From Phoronis australis (lineage: Eukaryota; Animalia; Phoronida): 52,876 bases of DNA. The DNA lies in NCBI GenBank assembly GCA_002633005.1, contig NMRA01001042.1, forward strand, positions 12,177 to 65,052. The letters are read 5' to 3'. Below the pieces are notes generated by a model. That model did not search any database. It had not been told where the DNA came from and was given only the letters and a program-made list of their open reading frames with translations. Numbering within the stretch: the stretch's first letter is position 1; each line of letters starts with the position of its first letter. This document shows positions 11,358 to 23,882 of the stretch, in pieces. The position numbers were made by a program, and so were the translations under genes.

Positions 11358-14300
11358 CTTAATGGCAATTTAGGTTTTCTTTATGTATGCCTCTATATCA
11401 ACCAAGTTTCTTGATGTATTTTCGTGCAATATGGTATTTATTTGTTTCTGTTGAGGAAACGAGAACAAACTGCTATTTTCGGCTGGATTAAAAATATTCT
11501 GTGCCACTAAAGATTATTATTTCTGGCAGCAGCCTCTCTGTCCTTGAAATTGCTTGGAGGATAGCTCTGAAATTTTGCTCGTGTGTTCCTATCGAGATGA
11601 TCACGACTGGCATGTTTTCTGATGGGTGCAATCACCGAGACGCCAGGAGTGGCAATTTGTTTGTTTATCTGCACGGAAATATTTACAAAGTTCTGTTGAT
11701 GAATCTGAGAGTAATTTGATGTATGTGGTACATTATTGAGGAGAGTAAGCCCGGCATAAATTTTGGGACATGTCTGAGTGCTGTTGCGTCCTCTAGCGGT
11801 TCTGTATCAACCAAGTATCTTGATGTATGGAATTTGGCAAGAATGTGACAGCGATTGTCTTGTTTCAGACGAATATAATGTATGCTGCACCACCTAAAGG
11901 TTTTTTATTTTATATATTACACATTATTAACATCCCTGGAAGCATACTGCCAGAGCACTTTCCGTTTCTCCTGTTTTGTATGGTGTTGACAAAAATGCAG
12001 TGTGATGTAGAATATGATTTCATTTTTATTTACTTTGATCAAAGATCTCCATACCCAAGACTTAACGTTCACAACCTGTTTTAACACCCACACTTGTATA
12101 ATACACATATGTACTATAATCAATTTACAAGTGGGAAACTAAAGTGTCCTATCCATAGCTCGATGTCAACCATGACCAAAGGCTGCGTTGTATAAAGTTC
12201 CTGTGTAATAAATACTGCACAGATGTGTTTTTCTATGTTTTGTAAGTCAGAGTTTCCATGAGTATTAGATAATAAAACACTTAATAAGTTCACCGATACC
12301 TTACGTAAAATATTTTGACATTTTCGTAGTCTGTCTGTATTTTAAATTCATAGCACCACTGTAATTTCCCCTTTTGAATCTCTGGATCTCCGCTAGTGAC
12401 TTACATCTGATGTACAGATTAACCAATGACATTCCTAGCCCTATGTAGTATTTTTATCTACATCTCGAATTCATATTGTGTTGGGGATGTTCTATAATCA
12501 CGGTTGGAATCTTCTGGTCCATTCTCACCTGAACCTGCAATGCTTCATGGAATCTACGTTTCAGTCCTTTACTTTGCAATTGTCATCACTAAAATGGAAG
12601 TCCCGGTGATAATTGTAAATACAACTGGCTAAAACGCTGCTTCAAGAACTGTTGAGTGGAGGTTGGCGAAAACACTCCTATAGAAATAACAATAGCCAAT
12701 ATACGTTTTCCGTGCATTGAATAGTTAGCCAAAATGTAGGATTTCTCAAAGTTACACGATTGGGCGCAATCTAAAATATTTACTTGGCACTGCCTAATGA
12801 GTACAACTTGTTCAACAGAAGGTTTATTTTTCCGATTCGGTAAACCGGTGCGCCATCTGATGAGCAGCAGAAAAATTACTACCCGGAAGATTTTCACCTT
12901 TACAGGATCAGTGCTCCCCGTAGGTCTTCGGTACTAAAAAGGTATGGTTAGCAATAACCATTTAATCAAGTATCATTTTTGGCTTGCCTCGTGTTAATAT
13001 ACGTTCCTATTTTTTGGAACCACTTTACGTTAATAGACGTCACGCAGACATTACAGGACCGACAATTGTCATCGTTTTGAGGCCGTAATTTCAGATTTAA
13101 TTGTAAAGTTTTGAGCACTAGCCGCAAGAATTTTAATGTAATTCAGCTTTCAAGCTTTGAATAATCTTAACGATCTTGTTGACATCGCTTTTGTTACTCA
13201 TAAATCCTTAGAACTTTGTTGGTTTGTTAATGAGAGTGTGACAGAAATGGCGAACAGGACGACCGATATCAGCAAACTGGGTGGTTTCAATCAAAGCATG
13301 GAGGACACACAGGTCGCTGTCCACGAATGCTTTAATAGATATGTACTCTACAAAGGCTCAGCTTTCACATGTAGTATGTTACTTTTCTGAGTGTTTTTGC
13401 GCGTTAAAAGAAATAACGATCGAATGAAGGGCATTTCCACCAGTTACACAGCTTGACTCTAGTGGGTTGAATAAGTAACACAAATAACTAATTTGCGAAT
13501 ACGTTTCAACTATGAATTTTACCATTGTCATGTAGACAGAAGTTCTGTTTATTCAGTATGTCATTCTTAGTTTCTTTTAATTTGTCGTTTTTGCACAGTG
13601 ATGCATCAAAAATGCTAAAATTTGATGGTTTCCGAAGCCATAAACTAGCCAAAAATTTCGAGGGTAAAGTTTTCTGTGAAGAAGTTATATATTTTGAATA
13701 AAATTATTTTAGGTGTTGACCATTCCACCTAAGAGTAAAACTAAGCTATATTTCAAAAAAATCCGTGACATGTCATGTTCCAGCATCTGCCTGACTTTCT
13801 CATGCAGTGACTCTTTACCCAGATCTAATGCCTCTTGGCGCTTTCTGGGTTATGTATATTCATTGTATTCTGAAGATTTCGTAATAAACATTAAAAAAAA
13901 CTCTTAAATTAAAATTCTTACTAAACGTGCAAGTGTATTCTTGGGAACTTTTTTGAACTTGACTTTTGAACATCTGTAGGTGGGTTTAATTCCCGTTGTC
14001 ACCAGAAAGTGGCCACGGAGGTGAAAGATAGGAAAGATGGGACAATGCCCTACTGTAATTGACAGAGCGAGTAGTTGCCCACACTGTTAAGAGGTTTGGA
14101 ACGATTTTCTCATATTTCCGGCACTAAGACAATGTGCGCCCGTTTACACTCCTCGCGTTTCATCGAGAGTCATTACCAGTGTTTATTCACCTCCCAGTAT
14201 TCATTTCAGCGAATGTCTGTATTTGGACAACAGGCAATCAAGTTAGTATAGCAAGCACCAAAATGTGAACAAAAAAGCTGTCAAACAAAACAACATCGGT

Positions 14301-15062
14301 TTACTCTCACTCCCACAGGTGGTACCAGTAAGCTGTTAAGCGTAACATGGGAATTGAAGAATCACATTAAAGAAGATTGGAAAATGTAGAAAAGACTTTC
14401 TAGCTCGATTTTGAGTAAAAACATTAGACTCGGGCTCTCGTCCGAAGTTACCTTCGGTCGACATCAATTGGATAAACTGAACAAGCATCGTCTGATGCCC
14501 AATGACAGAGTCTGCTTGGACATAGACTGAAGATCCTTGAACAATGCTCCCGAATTCTACGAAGTAATACATGTGTTTCTTTTTCTGTCGCTATTTAAAT
14601 GTTACACATTCTTCGTTTATCGCACCTGATGTAAGTTGCTTGCAACTTTTAACAAGTTTTTGAGCAGCGACGGAAGATATTATTACGTTAACACCCCTTT
14701 AAGTCAAAACGTTCATAACAGAATAACCCTTCGGTGGAATTTAACACAAACTCTTTTTTAATGAAAACTTCACTAAGTCGATTTCCAATGCTATGTCCAA
14801 CTAGGTCACGGGCTGAGCCAACAGATTAAGTGGTCAAACCGGTACATCGTGGTCCACTTTAAAGTAGGTCAACAGTTCATTGTTTGACACACCACGTGGT
14901 GGGAGACTGATATCAAACCCAACTATGAATTGAGTACAGAAATGGGGTCTGTGGTTAAAGCAGGACGTGAGCACGACTTCGAAACAGCGAAATGTCAAAT
15001 TTCCCGAATTAAAGAATTCGGGTGAGGATTTATCGCTTTTCACTCCTTACAAAAATGAACGC

Positions 15063-16060
15063 TGAAAACTTAAGTTTTTTGGAAGATAACTTAAGTTTTA
15101 AAGGAAAAACCATAGTTCTTCCGAAAAACTTTAGTTTTTATAAGAAACTTAAGTTTTTCAGAAAACTTATTTTTTTCAGGTGTAAAACTTAAGTTTTCAC
15201 AATTAAACTTAAGTTTCCAGTAATAACTTAAGTTTTCATGAAAACTTAATTTTTTTGTACTAACAAAACTTAAGTTTTTCAGATAACTTAAGTTTATCAC
15301 AAAGCTTACGTTTTTATAAATTTAAAAACTTAAGAGTGACTCCATATAAAAACCAACAGGTAGAGTCTATACCCAAAATCACCGATTTTTTTGAAACTTA
15401 GCACATGAGTTTGGTTTGTTGAGATGTAGAAAAAACTCACTTTTTAAGAATTTTCATTCATTATTTTTCTTTTTATGACCCGTACCCCCATTTTGCAACA
15501 AAATTGGGCATCGAAGTAGGCATGTTTGAATGCATTTTACAAGCATGTGTGGTAAGGTCAAAACAAATGAGTAATACGAATTGAAAGCGCAGTGGCTGAA
15601 AAATTTAATGGCATAACTTTCAAAATCCATTTTTAAATTTGTACATTTTGAATTTGTGAGGCAAAAACGGCTATTTTTCAGGTTTTCACTGAAGCAATTT
15701 TGGGCCAAATTTGGCACTCTGTAGAAGCCATAACGCACCTTTCCTGAAATTGACTTTATAATAATTTGTTTAGTCATTCCTAACCTGTTCATAATCTCAA
15801 ATAAAAAATCTTGCCTCTAATGTAGTTTTTGCGTANTAACTTAAGTTTATCACAAAGCTTACGTTTTTATAAATTTAAAAAATTAAGTTTTCCTGACTTC
15901 TTAAGTTTTTCGCAAACTTTAGTTTTTCAAATATAGAAATTTAAGTTTTCCTGACTTCTTAAAATTTTCAGAAAACTGCAGTTTTTTCATGTGTGGAAAG
16001 CTTTAATTTTCTAAAAACCCTAAGTTTTCTATGTGATGAAAATTTACGTTTTCAAGTTTA
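15063..16060. repeat. Minisatellite of ~21-22 bp units built on the palindrome AAAACTTAAGTTTT, interrupted at 15334-15836
   Basis: More than 15 degenerate copies of aaacttaagtttt at 15063-15333 and 15837-16060. Confidence 0.85.
15334..15835. mobile_element. One end of a GAG-terminal DNA element inserted at TTAA (Sola-like), truncated by a contig join
   Basis: Minisatellite breaks exactly at TTAA|GAGTGACTCCATATAAAAACCAACAG; unrelated sequence continues to the N at 15836. Confidence 0.5.
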
Positions 16061-17028
16061 TATAATTTGAATATTGTGAGATATTTAATTTTTTGTTCGA
16101 AATTTTCCCATTGTTTTCCAACAAAAAATTCTTGTTTGCTCATGCAAAACCCATCAATGTTGCCCGAATGTTTCCTTAACATTTATATAGATAGAAACCA
16201 TAAAACGACGAACGTTTAACCTGTTCAGTACAGAACTAGTGCAATTATAACTTGCTGTGAACACAATGTCACAGAGACACTGCCTCTGGGACCTTGCATG
16301 AGGCGACTAGTAACATTTCTTCTCCACGGTCGTATGCATGCAGACACGAGAGACGTATTTAGGGGTGTGGGCAAGGGGGCCACTCCCTAAAATTCTCCGG
16401 TATTCCATTTGGCAGTTCTGGGGTGCAAATGTCTGACGGGCAAAATCCTGGCTAATACTCTGCCGTGGATCACCCTTAACTCAAAATCGTGGATCTGCCA
16501 CTAAGCACACAACTCTTAGGATCAAAGCTAATTTCATCTTCGTTTTCTCCGGCATCTTTCTATCATGTGTACGTGTCGTAGACGCAAAGTTGTGGCGACT
16601 CGGTGAATGAAAGATCTGAGGGTACATACGGAGGTGCTATATGCCTGGCGGGAGATTCGATTTGAGAGACAGCCCCATAACCTTTGACCTTGGATAGTTA
16701 GTAAACAAATGTCCACGCTGTTGTGCGGTTCCAAGGTGGTTTTTGCTACGCGGTATATATTTGGTATTTTAAGTTCTCCCACTATGAATATAAGGCATGT
16801 TGCTAGACTTATGTGGAATATTGCGAAAAATGGGCAATGTTGTGAATAAGATTTGTCTGAGATATCCTTAAGTACTTCATACAACGCAGGCAACTCGCTA
16901 AATGTCGCTAAAGCAAAATGTATTGAATGATCGGGAGACGTTAGCGCGGCTAAATCTGAGAGTAGACTCACTATTCGTGTTAATACAACCGATGGATATG
17001 AAGAGCATGAATTGAATGTTTGTTGTAG

Positions 17029-17328
17029 ACGGGCCGCGGCTTATTCGAATAAAATCGGGAGAAACAGACGTTGGAAAGGCATTTACTATCAGCGACAAGG
17101 AGACATTTACGTTGATTTGCATTGCCGAAGACGTGAAGCCTGGTGTAAATATAACATGGTCAAAAGGAAACACCAGTAGCGTGCGCAAGGAGAACTTTAC
17201 ATACTACAAACAGATCACATTTAAAGCTTCCCCATCATTGAACCTGGAAACTATAGAATGTTCTGTAATCAGAATGCCAAGCAGGGGTTCGCACTGGAAA
17301 CATGTCTCTGTTCTTATCAACGTTAACT
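17029..17328 (+). CDS. Ig-like domain exon 3
   Basis: ttgtag acceptor, gtaagt donor, 300 bp, phase 1-1; GPRLIRI...FTLICIAEDVKPGVNITW...LNLETIECSV...INV, same architecture as exons 1-2. Confidence 0.85.
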
Positions 17329-17539
17329 GTAAGTTAATTTTAACTCGTATAATTCTTGGTGTTTGTGGTGACTGAAGATTCAACTTGGTCATTTTAAGAT
17401 GCGTTTTGTCCTGTTTGGGTGGTTACAATAAAAAAAACGAATTAGGTCTTTACTCTCATAAAATTCATCCCAAATATCCCTAACAGTAATAGGATTAGCT
17501 ATTTTGTTACTGAGAACACCATACTCTCAGCAGCGTACT

Positions 17540-18110
17540 TATGTCGTTCTTAGTTCAATTGTTTTTTATTGTTCTGTGTGTGTGTTCTAGCAGATAGGTA
17601 CTGATTGGCGTGGCTCCAGTGGTCAAGACAGCATTGATGTAAATCGTTTACTAATAAATTGTGTGGAACATTCTAAGAGATTCTAGCATGTAAGTGATGT
17701 AACCTGGAACCAATTAGAGCCTAGTATAGGTTTGTGGAATGGCTGGGTGTATTCCGTAAAGTTCTAGAATGTGCTTTAGGTGGTGAAAAAGTCTAGAACA
17801 TTATACAAGAATATAAATAGTCAGGCACGGGTTTGTAACAGTTCATTAAAGATAGTTGAAAATCACTTGAAATTAAAGAGAATTACAAAACAGCTACAGC
17901 TGAGTTGTTGAAAGTATCTTAAAAGTTCGTCACAAGTCGCAGCTTTGCAGCACTGGCTGGAGCATGAAACAGACATTAGGTCGGACATTTTGTTTGAGTA
18001 GGCTTTTGAACGTACGTTCAAGGTTAATAAAGTGATAAACTAAAACCATTCTACTATCGCACCGGTCAGTAACCACCTCCGCCAACCCACACACGAGGAG
18101 AAATGCGATA
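17540..18110 (+). repeat. 5' LTR
   Basis: Aligns colinearly with 21821-22381 (e.g. ctgtgtgtgttctag, gtggaacattcta, gatagttgaaaatca, gcaccggtcagtaaccacct). Confidence 0.8.
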
Positions 18111-18112
18111 AT

Positions 18113-18130
18113 TGGAGAGCAAGCCAGGAC
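18113..18130 (+). promoter_or_regulatory. Primer-binding site, probably tRNA-Arg(ACG)
   Basis: TGGAGAGCAAGCCAGGAC just after the 5' LTR; 15/18 match to TGGCGAGCCAGCCAGGAG, the complement of the animal tRNA-Arg(ACG) 3' end as recalled. Confidence 0.6.
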
Positions 18131-18180
18131 TGACGGTAATAAGGTGTGATAATTTGGACTATTAGAATTAGCGACTCATT

Positions 18181-21100
18181 ATGGAGACAAGATCTCAACT
18201 AAGAGATCTCATGGCTTCTTGACAAAAAATGTGTTGGCAGGGAGACGACCTCAGACAGGTTGTTCAGAAACAAGAATCTGAGGCCTTTGCTGAGGCCGAG
18301 GTGAGAAAACAAGCCCGTGAGGCCTATAAGAGAAGGCAAGACTGCGATCCCGAACAACAGATGAAGAGAGAAAGAACGAGACACGAGAGGGTGCAAGCAG
18401 CACTAGAAGCTGAGAGTAACCGTTTGAGGACAACTGGCAGCATGAAACTGAAGCTACCCAAGTTTGACACAAAGCAGGATGATATGGACAACTTTATGGA
18501 AAGGTTTGGAAGATACGCCGAGAGCCAAGGTTGGGCACAGAGTGAATGGGCAATCAATATATGTCCCCTGTTAACGTTTAAGGGCCTGAAGGTTTTCATT
18601 AGCTTCCTGGTGGCTGATTCACTACACTATTCTACACTCAAAAGATCGTTGCTGAAGCGGTTTGAACTCTCTGGGAAGCGGTGACTGAGAGGGGCGAGGC
18701 TGCTAAACAGTTTGTGGCCTGCATATAACGATACGTAAACAGGTGGTTTGACATTTCCGACTGCGGCAAAGATTTTGCGGAGTTGAGAGACCTATAAGTA
18801 AGTGAGCAGTACGTGACCACCTGTGACTGAGACTTGGCCTTGCTAATGCTAGAGTGTACATCCAAGTCTGTTCCCGAAAATGGTTGGCTTGGCAGAGAGA
18901 TATATTGAGGTTCATGGAGTAAACACAACAAGCACTCAGTCGTCAATGAAAAAGTCCCAAGAACCAAAAGTCAAGTCAGACACCCATAGAGACTTTCGGA
19001 AGCAGACTCATATAAAGCACCACCGAAACTCAGCAGTAGTCAACCGCCAAGGTTCCCAGATTGGAGAGAGGGAGTCAGTGAAGCATGCTAACCCTGAACA
19101 CACCTTCAAATGAAAGCTGCGTCTGAAGGAGGGGTATGTGGGCACGACGAAAGTCTTGTTGAGAGACACAAGCTGCACAGCTATTACAGTTCGATGCAGT
19201 GTAGTCAAACCATGAGATCCGACTAGCCGGAGGTGGTCATGCGAGTTGGCGGATTCAACCAAGAGATGGCTGCCTGTCAGCAAGATCAACATAAAAACAC
19301 TGTACTACACAGTGTTTGCGATGTGTGTGAAGTGGCCAATGGCCGACTGATTATCGGGGTCGTACATGGAGCCTGGGGACCCAGGGGATGTTGAGCTACA
19401 GCAAACGGCAGCTAGAGTTAACAAAGTTGGTGCGGCAATAGCTTGGAGGAGGGTCCGAAAGATGGCTCACGAGTGGGTTCTACTACTCAAGAGAAAAAAA
19501 CAGTGACCACAGCTCCAGAGGGAGAGAAGATGATCGACATGTCTTTCATGCTGATAAATCCAACAACGGAGTGGTAGCAGTAACTACCAGGGCGTAGGCA
19601 CAGCGACAAAAAGCGGACAATAAGCCGTTAGCTACATGTTCGACCATAGAGAAGGAGGGACCAAAGCAGTTCCAGGATGAAGATTCATCAGCGAAAAAGC
19701 CGTGGGTGGAAGCTGAAGTCGAATTTCAACGACAGACCACAGGTAAGGGATCGTACGTGATGGAAGGCCAGCAAGGAGTACTCTATAAATTCTATCAGTT
19801 GTTTAAGAATAAGGATGGTGTAGAGGTGAATCAAGTTGTCGTGCCAAGCAGCTTACTGAAGTCCATGATGGGGCTCCCCAATGAGCCCATACTTGGTGGA
19901 CACCTGGGCGTTAGGAAGACAACTGACCGCATCACTAGCAAATTCCATTGGCCACGAATGACATAATAGATGACCTGATTCAGCAGATCATGTCACATTT
20001 GCGAGAAGACAATCGAGTTACCAAAGTACCGCTAGGAGAGAAACGCTTGACGGTGGAGCCTTTCAAAACGATCGCTATTGATCTGATTGGCCCTATAGCT
20101 CCAGCTTCCACTAAGGGAACATGTATATTCTCACGCTGGTAGATTTTACCACCAGGCACCCGGAAGCAGTGCCGCTACAGAAGATGGGGACAGACCGTGT
20201 AACTGAGGCATTGCTGGAGGTCTTCAGTAGAGTAGGGTTCCCACGAGAGATCCTGAATAATCGTGTAACGCAGTTCACGCCGGAAGTGATGAAGGAGCCC
20301 AGCAGGTTGTGAGTGCATATTAGGTGTATACAACCCCTTACAAACCACGCTGTAACGGACTCTGTGAAAGAATCAAATGTGTACTAAATGCCCAGGTGAA
20401 ATCGGCGCAGGGTTAATTAAGATTTGTGAGACTACCGATACGACCCTTCTTGATGAAGGCGATTTAGAGCGTCAGCCGGAGGTTCACAACGAAACCTTCA
20501 AGGACATTAAGCTGATAGATTTCTTGTGGCCAAGATAGCGTGAACAGGCATTAGGACTCCTATATGACTACCGCGGTATCTTCACCAATCATACTGGAGA
20601 GTCCGATTTGGCCAGTCACCGAGTTGACGACAGAAGAACCAATAAGAGTGAGAACTCATCAGATGCCGTATACTACTCAGGTCCAAGTGAAGAACGAAGT
20701 ACAGGAGATGTTAAAGATGAACACTACTGAACCTTCCCCTTCGCCTTACAGCTCTCATGTAGTGTTGGTGGCTAAAACGGACGGTACCACAAGACTCTGT
20801 ATTGATTACCGGTGGCTGAATGCAGTGACCAAACGTTTCTTCTCGAAGTTCGACTTCAAGAAGGGTTACTCCCACGGATGATGCGTGTAAGGAGAAAACA
20901 GCATTCGTGATGACAGGAGACTGTTACCATTTCCGCATGTGAACTCATCGGCCACGTTCAACAGGATGATGACGAGGATGTTAACAGGCTCAGGAAATAT
21001 CGAGCAATATGTCGACGATGCGTTACTCTACACTGTCCCCTTGAAAGAATATCTTCATACACAGAGAGACTTGTTTCAGAACGTGAAACAAGCAGGTTTC

Positions 21101-21600
21101 ACACTAAAATCTTGCAGCATTGGTTATCTGGAGATGGAGTTTCTTCGACACAAGGTTGGAATGAGCTAGAGGTCCTTGGACGATCAAGTGCTTATGGGAA
21201 TCCAGAACTCATCAACGCCTTATACCAAGATTGAAGTACAGTAATTCATAGGGCTCACAGGGTACTATAAGAAGTCTGTACCTAACTATGCACAGGTAGC
21301 TACAGTGTTGATAGATTAACTGCAGAATGGCCAGCCGGAGAAAGTCGTGTGTACCGATAGGCATGACCAAGCATTCAAGAAGCGAACGCAAGCGCTTGGA
21401 AATAGTCCGATCCTAATAGTACCAGACTTCACCCGTCAGGACGGATCCATCAAATGATGGTTCAGGGGCAGTCTTACTGTAGGAGTTTGACGATAGGACA
21501 TTCTCTATTGTGCACGAGAGCCGGAAGCTTATAGAAAGCAAGCGACATTATTTCACAGAAGAGAAGGAGTGTTTGGTCTGAATTCGTTGGTAAATATTCA
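18181..21600 (+). pseudogene. gag-pol pseudogene: gag ~18181-18900, PR ~19140-19330, IN ~19760-20400, RT ~20560-21170, RH ~21170-21600
   Basis: Motifs seen in ORFs 18229, 19706, 19948, 20121, 20564, 20939 and by manual translation (GLTGYYKKSVPNYA, SPILIVPDF, ESRKL, EKECL). Confidence 0.85.
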
Positions 21601-21820
21601 GCGTTGTAAGATTGAAAGCCCCAATAGCGTTGCAGAATTATAAATTCCACGTGGGGAATATCCCGGGTAAATCTAAAGTCGATGCAGACTACTGAAGTCT
21701 ACTAGCAGAACCAAGTCATTGAGCACTGAAGACAATGAGACAGAAGCAGAACACAATATATGTGTGCCAGATGTTGAACTAGAAAATTAAAGAGTAATTT
21801 TCTCTTTGACAGGGGTGTAC

Positions 21821-22381
21821 TAACAGCAATCTTAATTTAATTATTTTGTTCTGTTGTCCTGTGTGTGTTCTAGAAGATCATAATTGATTAGCATGATCTC
21901 AGAGATCAGCGATGGAGTAATTTCTTTACAATGGAATAGTGTGGAACATTCTAGTGATTAATGTTACCTAGAACATTTTACAGCCTGGAATTGGTTTGTA
22001 CAATGATTGGGTAGATTGCGGAAGGTTCTAGAATGTACATGGTGAAAAGTTGCAGAAAATGATATGAGACTACAAACATGCTGGCACGGATGGGTAACAG
22101 TTAGAGATAGTTGAAAATCAGTTGATGTTAAAGAGAATTACACGACATTTAAGTAGCTGAAAGTGGCTCATAAGTTCAGCACAAGTCAAGACTTCGTAGC
22201 ACTGGATGGACTGTGAACAGACATTATGTAGGACGTTTTGTTTGAGTAACCTTGCGAAAGTACGGTCGAGATTAATAAGGTGATTAACACGAACCCGTCT
22301 TCAGTGCATCTTTGCACGGATAGCTATTTGCACCGGTCAGTAACCACCTACGCCCACCCATACGCGGGGTAAAACGTGACA
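21821..22381 (+). repeat. 3' LTR
   Basis: Follows purine run GACAGGGG, ends ...CGTGACA, homologous to the 5' LTR. Confidence 0.8.
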
Positions 22382-23420
22382 CATCAATGAAGAAAAGTGT
22401 CGACAAATCGCCGACCTCTTTGTGGTCGGCCCATCCTAAAATTCGAAATTAGCTGCCATGGTCTTCCGCTCAAATTCTAAGTCAGTCACGTGATACAACA
22501 ACGATCGTTTCCCATGAGTACATTGCAAACAAATTCCTGATTTTGTTTCTGCGGCAAACACCTCGCCATACGTTTGAAGTGACAGTTACAGAGGTAAAAA
22601 CGAACCTCAAAAAACACATCACATGAGAAAGTCCACATGGCAAATTTCTGTTGGAGTGTAGTACAATAGGTGTGTTCGCTTGTGAGTTCGCTGCTCTCGC
22701 TACTACTAGACCTGTCAAGCAGCGAAGAAAGCAGCGGTCAAGTACGAAGCGCAAGAACAATTGGGAAGGACGGCTTTTGCACAAATTCATCCACAAAAAA
22801 CACCAGACCTGTCATTTTTATATGTTTCGTAAGGATCCAGAAAGGTGAGGAGTATTTGTTATTCAATAATGTGATACATTGCCTTTCATTTTGTATGTTG
22901 TGTTCACGGTTAGAATACAAGTAGATTGCAATCCCGGTGCCACTGTCGTCTGCAGTGTAGGCCTAGGATACTGCACAGCCGGGATGCCGGCGGAAGGGCT
23001 ATGATTAACAATGTAATCGTCATGTTTTTTGGTTATTTGGAGTCACCCGAACGATCACAGAGACAATTTTTGAAAAACACACCCATGACCATGGATCAGC
23101 ATGACCGGTGAAACGGCAGCAGACACAGCCACGGGTCTCCGTGAGAAAATGTTCATTATTTTAATGTGCCAGTTGGCCCAAAGTTAAGCAACGCCAGAGC
23201 GTTCATGAAAAAAAGCTAATTGTGTGGGCCAATGATGCATAGCACGGTCCTAAAAGTATCCCTCCATAAACATTTGAGTCTTAATTTTTAGTTGACTTTG
23301 TCTCTATCACAGGCACAGTACGACTGGACTAGGTCTACTATAGTGCAATGTAGTGTAGTGTATAGGGTACCAGTCTTCTATGAGCCTGGTGAGTATGAGA
23401 TTTGTGCCTGCGTCTCTTAA

Positions 23421-23882
23421 AGGCGAAGGCAACCTTTTTCCATGTCATTTTGAGCTAAAATAAGGTTGGTTGGTTATCCTAGACATATTTTCCACTTAAT
23501 TACAGCTTTTCGTAATTTTATTAATTACTCGTCCGCTACTCCGGAAGTGACGTTTTAGGAGGCAAGCATTTCGCGCCAATTTCTTGTCATATAGTCTGAC
23601 TGTGAGAGCTGTCGAGTCAGTCATTGTTCTACCTCGGCTGTGTTGAGTTCCGTCGTCGTTTGCTTTCATTTACTAGTCAGTCAACATGCCACACTGTTGC
23701 TGCGTACCAGAATGTACTAATTATCGGCTCACGCGTGCTTTGGGAGTACCTTTGCATCGCTTTCCGATGGATGACAAACTTCGCCGTACTTGGCTCGTTC
23801 GTGTGAAGAACGCAGCGTTACCCGTCCACGCAACGTACAAAGCAGTGGAGAATTACCGTGTGTGTGGCAAGCACTTTCTGCC
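23421..23882 (+). mobile_element. Kolobok DNA transposon copy 1, left end (runs into N gap)
   Basis: TTAA|AGGCGAAGGCAACC... left TIR and THAP start, close to but not identical with 46537-46998. Confidence 0.88.
23686..23882 (+). CDS. THAP domain, N-terminus of Kolobok transposase (partial)
   Basis: MPHCCCVPEC...HRFP...W...VCGKHF C2CH THAP signature; cut off by gap. Confidence 0.85.

Larger units (their letters stand above)
6681..14023 (+). mobile_element. Decayed, internally deleted CAC-terminal DNA transposon (Chapaev/CMC-like) inside the Ig-gene intron
   Basis: Imperfect TIRs CACTCCCGTGGCCACTTTTTGGGGGCAA vs revcomp CACCTCCGTGGCCACTTTCTGGTGACAA, plus a shared internal block AAAAAGTTCCCAAG...ACTTGCAYGTTT; flanks AAAT/AAAG (4 bp, 1 mismatch); transposase-like fragments inside. 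Confidence 0.65.
17540..22381 (+). mobile_element. Decayed Gmr1-like Ty3/Gypsy LTR retrotransposon (gag-PR-IN-RT-RH)
   Basis: Two diverged ~560-bp LTRs, PBS, gag KLKLPKF...FMERFGRYA...W, protease LLRDTSC, integrase GGHLG...WP / IDLIGP / VDFTTRHPEAVPL, RT SPYSSHVVLV..RLCIDYR..YVDD, RNase H region; many stops and frameshifts; 5' start approximate, TSD not seen. Confidence 0.9.

Noticed and set aside
6681-14023. RAG/Transib-like transposon splitting an Ig gene
   Set aside because: Ends begin with CAC but do not match the heptamer CACAGTG, no nonamer, no RAG1/RAG2 motifs, and it lies in an intron rather than inside an Ig exon
15063-16060. Palindromic repeats with short variable spacers, superficially CRISPR-like
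   Set aside because: Units are ~21 bp, degenerate, with 7-9 bp spacers, in a eukaryotic intron with no cas genes; an ordinary minisatellite
22651-22846. Possible exon ending at AG|GTGAGG
   Set aside because: No recognisable domain or transmembrane segment and no clear acceptor
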